In this document: one piece after another, positions 38,201 through 46,300 of the stretch
Layout: the number at the start of each line of letters is the position of its first letter
How positions within the stretch are numbered: the first letter of the stretch is position 1
Virus record (IMG/VR): IMGVR_UViG_3300021319_000137
Span: 1-64,000 of that record
Strand: one strand, 5' to 3'
Length of the DNA: 64,000 bases
Source: a virus
Taxonomy: Duplodnaviria > Caudoviricetes
The notes under the pieces: model-generated
The model's input: only the letters and a program-made list of their open reading frames with translations
Told to the model about the DNA's origin: nothing
The model's database searches: none
Made by a program: the position numbers and the translations under genes

Positions 38201-39587
38201 GTTGACCAGTGCTATTTCAGCCATCAATGAGATAGCACAGAAGGTAAATGCGAATATCCAGTCCACTGTTGACCTTATTGAGACCCTTGGTTTGGGTGAT
38301 TCAGCATTTGGTAAGGGCTTTGGTGATTTCGCTGATGCTGCCCAGTCGATGAGCGATGCTTTTAGTGCGCTGCAGAACGGTAACATCATGGGTGCCATGA
38401 ACGGTGTGTTGAGCAGCGTCGGCTCATTGGGTCAGGCCTTGGGCAAATGGGGCATTGCCGGGATGGGTGACAGTGACAAGACTCTTGCTGAGGACATGGA
38501 GCGGTTGACAGAGAGCAACGAGGCGTTGAAGCGTAGCGTTGATGACTTGACCGACGAGATGAGCGAGAGTGCTGTAGCCGATGCCGGCGAGATCTACAAG
38601 CAGCTGCAGTCGAACCTGGAGCAGTCTCAGCGTAATACCCAGGAGATGCTGCGTCGCATGGGTGGGGCCTACAATAACGGCTTCCTGGGCATCGGCGGCA
38701 AGGGTTCCTCGAACAGCAAAATCAACGAGGGTGTGAACTCCAGCGAGTGGCAGCGGGTGTCTCAGATCGTTGGCAAGAGCGTGACGAGTGCGAGCCAGTT
38801 CTGGTCACTGACAAGCGAGCAGATGCACAAGGTGGCGAAGGATGCCCCCGAGGTGTATGCCCATATCAAGCAGCTGGCGGCTGAGGGCTACCAAGATGCG
38901 GCGCAGTACATGGATGACTACATCGAATACTGGCGCGAGCTTGAGGAGGCTGCCGAGGCTTATGCCGAGAAGATCACGGGTGTGTCTCTGGACAGCGTTG
39001 TGGGCGATTTCCAGCGTATGCTTGCTGACATGGACAGCAGTGCCGCAGACTTTGCCGACGACTTCGAGAAATACCTGCAGAACGCGATTATCGGCGCCCT
39101 GGTGTCGGACACGTATGAGCCGCTGATCAAGCAGTGGTATGAGTCGTTCAGGAAGGCTGCCGAGACCGACGGCATAGACCAGGCCGAGCGTGACGCGCTG
39201 CAGCGTGACTGGGACCGGATTGTGGGAGACGCCCTGCGCGACCGTGAACAGCTGCGCGAGCAATTCGGCTGGGGCAGCACCGGTGAGGGTAGCGGCGCAT
39301 ACAAAGCCGTGGCCTCGTTCACTCAGGAGCAGGGTGACGAGCTGAACGGGAGGTTGACCGCCATCCAGATTGGTCTGGAGCGCGAGAACCAGTCGCTGTC
39401 TGCTGCCGTGAGTGCCCTACAGGGGCTGTCGGTGGTAACCAATGCCCAGGGTACGACGTTGAACGAGATGCGCAACCTGCTGCTGATCGGTAATGGCCAC
39501 CTGGAGGACATTGCTCGATACACGAAAATCGCTTCACAGTATGGCGATGCGATAGAGACGATAGCCAACAAGATAAAGGAACTATAA
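35235..39587 (+). CDS. tape measure protein
   Basis: 1450 aa, Ala-rich helical; GQDLLQMINAGFNPL tape-measure domain. Confidence 0.92.
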   Translation: MSEVKFVISLDSRAFKSGSEEVKAQVRRITDEVKVEGGKMQREFDSIGKSMGSSMGKYLAAFGGAAVFKQLIGDMVRVRGEFQKADTAIRTMLGSKEKADELMSQVRDYAKISPLEFGDITKATQTMLSFDVEAAKVPGYIKAIGDISMGESGKFQQLSLAFSQMSATGKLMGQDLLQMINAGFNPLAVIAEKTGKSIAQLKDEMSKGKISAQQVQQAFIDATSAGGKFFNMSENAAKTIEGQMSMLSDAVDAAFNEVGTKSEGIITGAISGVTKLVENYEAVAKAIGLLIANYGVYKTAVITVTAVEQAHGIAAAAAAAKTTILKVAQDALNKSMLANPYVAAAVALSALVSAIVAAATATDAFDEAQKSLEEAAAGVDASTASEMSKLDALYKKLLEAEEGSEAYKKIKQQIIDQYSQYYAGLEAEWAKVGNLALMYDKLTDAIRRSIAARQLKSFVDKQMDANDKVVQEKLDDAYKKLIDKYGKARGTELYKKFFKFATQGDGKDMDAQDWKDLEKATMWTTRWGKNATDGIVDFRVSVKELAYDIQKSNRATLESIELYKEMYGITEEIKEETTTPTKEPTYTDPKELARQKRAAEKAARDRARIAKEQADEYDKITEIHLHQMTEQGRKSADLELEVREAEIRAMRQGTKKTLAEIELARDKEVTSVTRWYEDLRQKRIDEAKKLWDAQKKNEGKKFYESEEYKKASSNEAYTDEENNAFKKRMAAANQVYANSLKEIQDNETAALTSFLREYGNYQQQRLAIAQEYAKKIEKAETEGERLTLRAEEREAYRSLDFDQFKKSINWEAVFSDLDGVSLEHLNTLKEQLQGTLKDGTLSAIDYKTVVEQIGKIEEAIVAKQNEWKNVFGLTIPELEKRKRLEQEAVDAQQRAVDLQRLQAEAQKRLNSAKTTIQAALNFKIDAEDIKVENAQEILNKFTPDTEIYKTLTRLFGNLADAEHDLSATTEEYNTAQADAVIKTEKAQKTLTSAISAINEIAQKVNANIQSTVDLIETLGLGDSAFGKGFGDFADAAQSMSDAFSALQNGNIMGAMNGVLSSVGSLGQALGKWGIAGMGDSDKTLAEDMERLTESNEALKRSVDDLTDEMSESAVADAGEIYKQLQSNLEQSQRNTQEMLRRMGGAYNNGFLGIGGKGSSNSKINEGVNSSEWQRVSQIVGKSVTSASQFWSLTSEQMHKVAKDAPEVYAHIKQLAAEGYQDAAQYMDDYIEYWRELEEAAEAYAEKITGVSLDSVVGDFQRMLADMDSSAADFADDFEKYLQNAIIGALVSDTYEPLIKQWYESFRKAAETDGIDQAERDALQRDWDRIVGDALRDREQLREQFGWGSTGEGSGAYKAVASFTQEQGDELNGRLTAIQIGLERENQSLSAAVSALQGLSVVTNAQGTTLNEMRNLLLIGNGHLEDIARYTKIASQYGDAIETIANKIKEL

Positions 39588-39591
39588 CGAT

Positions 39592-40086
39592 ATGCCTCAC
39601 GGACAACTCAACATATTCAACTGGGCGGGTGTCAACGATGATGCCTTCGACCTTTATGGCGTGTCATTGAGTGACGGCGCAATAGCGACGCTGCTTGCAC
39701 CAGCCGCCGCCAAGGAGCGCGTCAGCAACGAGAGCCGCCTTGAGAGCGGCAAGCGGATAGACATCCAGGCTCCCACACAATTCCAGGCCCGAGAGCTAAC
39801 GCTTGAGATGCACCTGATAGCCGCCACCTACGAGCAGTTCCTGACACGCTATAGGGCATTCATGGATGCGATAACAGCCACAGGCCAGGGCATACTGCTT
39901 TCCTACACCGTCTATGGTCAGCAGATCAGGTTCAAGCTGCAGTACCTGTCGTGTACTCAGTTTGCGGCCTACAACGGCCAGTTGGCAAAGTTCGCCTTGC
40001 GTTTTGTCGAGCGCACGCCCGGCAACGGTGTCGTTTCGCTCACGCTGAATGGAACTAACGATAATGAAGAAGAGGAGAACGGGTAA
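39592..40086 (+). CDS. distal tail protein
   Basis: Immediately after the TMP; KFALRFVERTP. Confidence 0.6.
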   Translation: MPHGQLNIFNWAGVNDDAFDLYGVSLSDGAIATLLAPAAAKERVSNESRLESGKRIDIQAPTQFQARELTLEMHLIAATYEQFLTRYRAFMDAITATGQGILLSYTVYGQQIRFKLQYLSCTQFAAYNGQLAKFALRFVERTPGNGVVSLTLNGTNDNEEEENG

Positions 40087-42662
40087 TGGCAAGCGGTTAC
40101 ATAACAGGACACCAGCATCGCTCGAAAGCGACCATTGACATCAAGCGAAAGGTGAGCGGAGGCACAGAGACGATAGCCACTGTGCTGATCACCCCTCGCT
40201 CGCTGCGCCGCTTCAAGCTGATGCAGGAGGACTTCATTCTGCTGGAGTTCTCGCTTGTTGATGCGGTAAACTTCGCTATCGGCGACTATATCAATGACCC
40301 TATCTTCGGCTACTTCTACATCACACAGGAGCAGATGCCGCGATACAACAAGGCGACGGGCGGCTATGACTACTCATTGCGTTTTGACTCGCACATCTTC
40401 ATCTTCGCCAACTATATCAACACGCTGGTTGTCGTGAAGGACACCAGCGTTGAGGCCATTGTGGAGACGGCCCAAAGCGAAAGTTACTACTCGTCGCCTG
40501 TGCAGAACGGTCAGGTGGTGATAGCCACGGCTGCGAGCGTTGACCACATGTTTGAACGCATGGAGGCCTCGTGGTCGCTTACCGACCGTCTGCTGGTGCA
40601 TGCCGAGCAGGTGCTGTTCAACATCAAGGCCATCTACTACGACCTGGACTATATCGTGGCCATTCACCCGTCGGCGACCAAGGCTGCGGAGGTCAAGTTC
40701 CTCTCCTATGAGGGCGTGACCATCATCGAGGCACTGAACATGATGGCCACAGAGTGGCAGTGCGAATGGTGGGTGACGAATGAGACGGTCACCGATGGCA
40801 GCTCGTCGCATATCCGCTACACCATCCACTTCGGCAAATGCGAGATCAGCAACTCGGCGTTTGTGTTCACACTTGGCGACAATGTGGAGAGTATGGACAT
40901 CGCCCGTGATCAGCAAACCTATGCCAACCGCATCTATGCCTTCGGCGGGACGCAGAACGTGCCAGAGGGTTACGACCGCAAGCTGGAGTTCACGGTCACG
41001 GAGGAGAGCGACACCACGAGTAACGCGGGCTGGTGGGTGATCGACTCGGAAAAGCCGCTCACGCTTGACATGATTCCCGACAGCGTTAACGGCGAGAGTA
41101 CCATCATTGAAAATGAGATTGCAACATGGTCGAAGCAGATGGTTTTAGGCGGCGAAAACGTCAACCTTAATTCGGCGACAGCCAACCCTGACCAATACCG
41201 TATCACGGGCTCGGTAAGCCCATCTTTCACTATCGCAAGCAGCGAGCGCAACAAGATCACATCGGTGGTGTTCACCGTCTATATGGACGGCCAGCAGGTT
41301 GTTTATCCAGCCACGACGGTCACTGTCCCCGAAGAAGGCATTGACCTGGGCTCGCAGAATGTAGTCTATCGTGCCACCATCAACATCAATACGCTCAAGA
41401 CGCTTGCCGAGCGCGGTGCTATGACTGTGACGGTCAAGGCGACAATCAATGCTTCGCAGGTTTACAGTGGCGGCACGTTTGATGTTGAGAGCTGGTCGCT
41501 GGTCGCCACAGGAACGAGCGACACTATTGCTAAGAAATTCAGACTCGTGTATGACGGGCATGAATACTATGCCACACTTAACCGCTCACACCACAACAAA
41601 TACTCGCTTGAGGCCAAGCGCATCAGCGAGATTTACAGGTTCATCAGCGGCTCAACAAAGATGTATGCACGGCAAGAAGGGTTCGGCGAAGGGGAGAAGT
41701 TCTCGCTTGTGGAGAGCACCATCAACGTCAATGACCTGCCGTCATCCTACTATACACCCGTGTATGATACGGGAGTGCTGAGCAAGGTGGGCGAGCGCAG
41801 GATCCACCTGCCCGAAACCGGAGGCAGCAATAACGGCAAGCGGTATGTTGAGGCGGCAGGCATCAATCACTTCACCAAGGCGGTGGAGGTTGCTGTAGTG
41901 TTTGACGACATATTCCCTCGCATGGCCCTCATGGTTGCCTCGGTGACCACTGAGCAGAAGGTGCAGGACATCGTCCATGAAGATGACAGTGTCGAGCGTC
42001 AGAACTGGACGCAGTATAAGATCACGGCCACCAAGGCCGACGGCTCTGCGTTCCATTTCGACACCCGGTACATTATGGACGGGAACAGGCTGCAGGCGGT
42101 GTTCACCGCTCCGGGAAGTGTACAAAGTGACGGCTTCAAGCTGGCGGGTATGACCTTTGAGGTGGGTTTCAACAACTACACGCAGGTGTACACCATTGTC
42201 CGCAACGAGGACTATGGTGTGTCAATACCGAATGAATACCTGTACCCATCTGTGGGTGACACATTCTTCCTAACGGGCTGGAACCCGAAGGCGATTACGG
42301 AACTTACCATCGTGGCCGATGCCGAGACCGAACTGCTGAATACTGCCAAGGCATACCGTGACGCCATCCAGCAGGGCCAGTTCACGTTCACCTGCCACAT
42401 GATGAGCGACATTTTCTGGAAGTATGCCTACGGAGGCCGCAATGCAGAGGGTAACACTCCCAAGACCTATGGTCTGCTTGACCTGGGGGCAAAGGTGACC
42501 ATCAGCAATGCCGCCTTGCCCAATGGCAGCAAGACGAGCCGCATCATCGGCTATGAGTATAAACTTGACATCCCGTACGACACGCCGACGTATGTCATCG
42601 GCGAGACGGATGCTTATTCCAGGTTGAAACTGATAGAGAAAAAACTGACGAAACTAACATAA
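40086..42662 (+). CDS. tail tip / baseplate hub protein
   Basis: 858 aa; NRIYAFGGTQN, SRIIGYEYKLD. Confidence 0.7.
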   Translation: MASGYITGHQHRSKATIDIKRKVSGGTETIATVLITPRSLRRFKLMQEDFILLEFSLVDAVNFAIGDYINDPIFGYFYITQEQMPRYNKATGGYDYSLRFDSHIFIFANYINTLVVVKDTSVEAIVETAQSESYYSSPVQNGQVVIATAASVDHMFERMEASWSLTDRLLVHAEQVLFNIKAIYYDLDYIVAIHPSATKAAEVKFLSYEGVTIIEALNMMATEWQCEWWVTNETVTDGSSSHIRYTIHFGKCEISNSAFVFTLGDNVESMDIARDQQTYANRIYAFGGTQNVPEGYDRKLEFTVTEESDTTSNAGWWVIDSEKPLTLDMIPDSVNGESTIIENEIATWSKQMVLGGENVNLNSATANPDQYRITGSVSPSFTIASSERNKITSVVFTVYMDGQQVVYPATTVTVPEEGIDLGSQNVVYRATININTLKTLAERGAMTVTVKATINASQVYSGGTFDVESWSLVATGTSDTIAKKFRLVYDGHEYYATLNRSHHNKYSLEAKRISEIYRFISGSTKMYARQEGFGEGEKFSLVESTINVNDLPSSYYTPVYDTGVLSKVGERRIHLPETGGSNNGKRYVEAAGINHFTKAVEVAVVFDDIFPRMALMVASVTTEQKVQDIVHEDDSVERQNWTQYKITATKADGSAFHFDTRYIMDGNRLQAVFTAPGSVQSDGFKLAGMTFEVGFNNYTQVYTIVRNEDYGVSIPNEYLYPSVGDTFFLTGWNPKAITELTIVADAETELLNTAKAYRDAIQQGQFTFTCHMMSDIFWKYAYGGRNAEGNTPKTYGLLDLGAKVTISNAALPNGSKTSRIIGYEYKLDIPYDTPTYVIGETDAYSRLKLIEKKLTKLT

Positions 42663-42670
42663 CTACCGAA

Positions 42671-43204
42671 ATGGAAGAAATCAGAATCAGGCCAGTGCAA
42701 GGCAACTGGATGCAGCTCGGGATCCCGCTGACGCTGCAAACGGTAACGATGGTTAATGGTGAGCCGAAGGTAACGGTGTCAGAATTTATTCCGAATCCTT
42801 CTTATCCCGTTGAAATCGTGTTGAAACGCGGTTCGAAGGAGCGTCGATATGAGGCTCGGATGGACGGGAACATTGCCGTGTTTGAGGATGACGGGACATT
42901 GGAATCCGGCATCTATAGCATGACGATACTGTGCCGCGACGGTGCCGGAAAGAAGAAGCGTTTCAAGCAGCGTGATGCCGTGAAGATTGTTGACCTGACG
43001 GCTGAAGCCGGCATTGAGCCAAGCATTGAGTATAACACGGAGGTTCATATACTTGACGCTGCGGTGTTCATTGCAGTTAACGGAGGCGGGAATGGAGGTT
43101 CCGGTGACGGCAAGTACCATGTTCTTTTGACGCAGGCGCAGTATGACGCACTGGACACCTATGACGATAACGCCATCTACATGATATACGAGCCAGAGTC
43201 ATGA
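42671..43204 (+). CDS. phage tail-associated hypothetical protein
   Basis: ORF in the tail operon; C-terminal LTQAQYDALDTYDDNAIYMI. Confidence 0.65.
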   Translation: MEEIRIRPVQGNWMQLGIPLTLQTVTMVNGEPKVTVSEFIPNPSYPVEIVLKRGSKERRYEARMDGNIAVFEDDGTLESGIYSMTILCRDGAGKKKRFKQRDAVKIVDLTAEAGIEPSIEYNTEVHILDAAVFIAVNGGGNGGSGDGKYHVLLTQAQYDALDTYDDNAIYMIYEPES

Positions 43205-43374
43205 TTACCTTTAGAGGATACGTGATCATCGCCATCAATGTGGGTCGCATGGCCCTGGTGAGGATGTACAATGGGGCACATCTGGTGTGGCAACGCCTAC
43301 GCTCGTGCTTCGGCACAGGCGTGTGGCGGAATGACCTTCCGTGGCTCAACGACGACAAGTGGAAAAACAATTAA
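43201..43374 (+). CDS. small tail-associated protein
   Basis: 57 aa ending SCFGTGVWRNDLPWLNDDKWKNN; ATGA-coupled; below the ORF-track cutoff. Confidence 0.55.
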   Translation: MITFRGYVIIAINVGRMALVRMYNGAHLVWQRLRSCFGTGVWRNDLPWLNDDKWKNN

Positions 43375-43386
43375 AAATATAAAGAT

Positions 43387-46300
43387 ATGTCAGAGATTAT
43401 CAATATCAACGAGGACTGGCAACTTCACAGTGGCGCTGAAGTACAGGTCTATATCAAGAAACTGTTGGGCGATCTGGACCGAGGCCTTGCCGGCAAGATC
43501 GGATGCCTTCGCACCTATGAGGACGAAGACGAGGAACTTCACCTGGTGGGCTTCGCTACCCTCGAAGACTACGATACATGGTTTAACGACCACGAGGCGA
43601 TTACTCCCATCACGGACATCATCATCCCCAAGGGCAGCGGTGCCGAGACGGCCTACACGCTGGTCCTCGAGGGCAACACCCCTGTTGCCGTGCAGATGAC
43701 CAACGACTTCACCGTGCGTCTCAAGGCGGTATATCTTTACAACAGCGGCGGTGTGGCACAGGAAGTCCCCGACTGGGTGACGCTCACCGTCCAGCGAATG
43801 GACAACAATCAGCGCTGGGTGACCTGCGGACGCTTCACTGTGGAGTCCAACCGCTACAACTACATCTCGATGAAAGGCATCCTGCCTTCCGGCAATGTCC
43901 ATGTCCGCATCACGGCCGCCGCTGAGAAGGCTTCAACGGCCATCCCGTTCACCTTCCAGGTCAACATCGTGAACATGACCTTGACGCCCGCAACGGCATT
44001 CCAGGTCCCCTTCGATCAGGACGCGCTGCTTACCCTGCAGTATTATATCACCGGCAACATCTCGAAGACGCTGTTGCTGAAGTTCGACGGCGGCGGTACA
44101 GGCAAAGAGCTGGTCATCGACGGCATCACGCACAGCGATGCCGACACGCCCTACTCCTGCGAGGTGCAGGGCTTGACGGATGTCCTTACACCTGGTCTCC
44201 ACACTGTGGAGGCCCAGCTGAAGTACAATGATGACCTGGCCACGGATTGGGTCATGAGCGAGTACCTGGTACTCGGTGTCGATGCCCCTGTGGTGTCCGT
44301 CAACAATATCTCAGACGGACTATCGAACTGGACCGACGTCCACTTCTTCGACTGGTCCGTCCTTACGCCTGACGGAAATCCCATGAACGTCATTATGCGG
44401 CTGGTGGATGCCAACGACAACACCACCGAATATGCGCGCTGGTCGTTCAACGGCGCCCCCAGGAACAAATATCCCTTCACGACGCAGCTGGCCATCGACG
44501 GGGTGAGTGACACCTGGATCGATGCAGTCATGCTGATCGAGGACAGCGAGGGCAACGAGCTCCACGATCCCGTGGCCTTCGGCCTGGAGAATGAGGCCAG
44601 CTTCGCGCCCAACGCGGGAGCGTCCTTCGTCCTCTCGCCCGCTGTGCGCTCCAACGCTGAGGAGAATCCCGCCACCATCATCAACACGGTGAACGGTGAT
44701 ATCCTGGCACAGGCTGAGGACTTCGTGAACTTCGACTTTTCCACCGACGGCTGGAAGGAAACGAGCTATGAAGGCTCGACGGTGAGGGTGCTGCGCATCC
44801 CTGCAGGGCGCCAGCTGACCATCCACCACAATCCCATGGCAGACTTCACCGGCGCCGACAATACGGGCCGCAGTTTCGTCTGGGAGATGGACTTCGTGGT
44901 AGATAACATCGTGGACGATGAGGAACCGCTGATCGAGCTGGGCAGTCTCCGCAACTCCGGCGTATGGTGGGGCTTCCGTCTGATGCCCTCTCGCGCCATG
45001 CTGCTGACCTCGAACAAATACACCGAGCCCGACCAGGATCTGGCCTGGGCGGAGGGCAAGCGTTTCCACCTGGCCATCACCGCCCAGTACGGAGGTGAGG
45101 CGTCACCGAACATCCTGCGCATGTACCTCAACGGGCGTCTCGAGAGGGAGTTTGCCTATGACACGGATGACCGCTTCACTCCCGAGAATGCGGTAATGGT
45201 CATCGGCAACACCTCCAGCGATATCGATATCTACGGTATGCGCTGCTACCGCTCAGCACTCAGCTCGTCGGCCGTCATGCAGGACTACAAGGCATCGATG
45301 TCCACCACGGCCGAGAAGATCGCCTTTGAGGCAGCCAACGATATCCTGGATGACCGTGGCCGCATCGACTGGGACAAGTGCCTGGGTAAGTACAACATCA
45401 TCGGCCACAGGGGACCGCTGCTGCACAAGGGCATGGAAAACAACACCCAGCACGGCATCAGCATCGAGATCCACATGCCGGACGATGAGGAACACAGCGG
45501 CACCCTGACTGAGCTCGACAACAAGGGGCAGGGTACCACGGCCATGACGTATTACTGGTGGAACCAGCAATACAAGACCACCGACAACACCCAGCTGCTC
45601 GATGATGAGGGCAATCCCAAGGGCGAGACGGGTGACGGTTACGCCATCCAAGCCAACGAATATCTTGCTACGAAACTGGTGGGCAAGGTCAACTTCGCCT
45701 CCTCGATGCAGTCCCATAAGCTGGGACTCACCAAGGCCTTCACCGAAGTCTTCAAGCAGATGATGCGTGACGGCAACATGAGCTCTCCTGGACAGTTCGC
45801 CACGTTCCCCAATGCACGCCTGGCCGTGCTCGAGAAACCCTTCCTGTTCTTCGTGTGGGATGAGGCCAACAGCCGCTATGAGTTCCGCAACCTGATGACC
45901 TTCGGCGCCGGCAAGGGCGACAAACCCACCTTCGGCTTCAACAAAAACTCCACCGGCCACATGCTGATGGTGGAGGGTGCCGACAACGACGTACCCCTGG
46001 CACGCTTCAATATGCCGTGGGATGACACGAACATCACCTATGACATTGACAAGGAGGCATGGATGTACAACGGGGCAAAGAACATCAACTTCGGCTTCGG
46101 AAAGACTTCCAGCGACGTTCCCAGCGACACGGATGCCCTGACTGCAGTAAAGAACTTCTTCAACTTCGTGTACCTGCACAGCACCAAGATCGAGTTCTTC
46201 AACGGCTCGCTTGACGCCCTGCAGCGCACGTCAGGCTCTCGCCTGTCTCCTCAGAGATGGCTCACAGGATCCTATGACCTGTATCGCTATGACGAGAAGA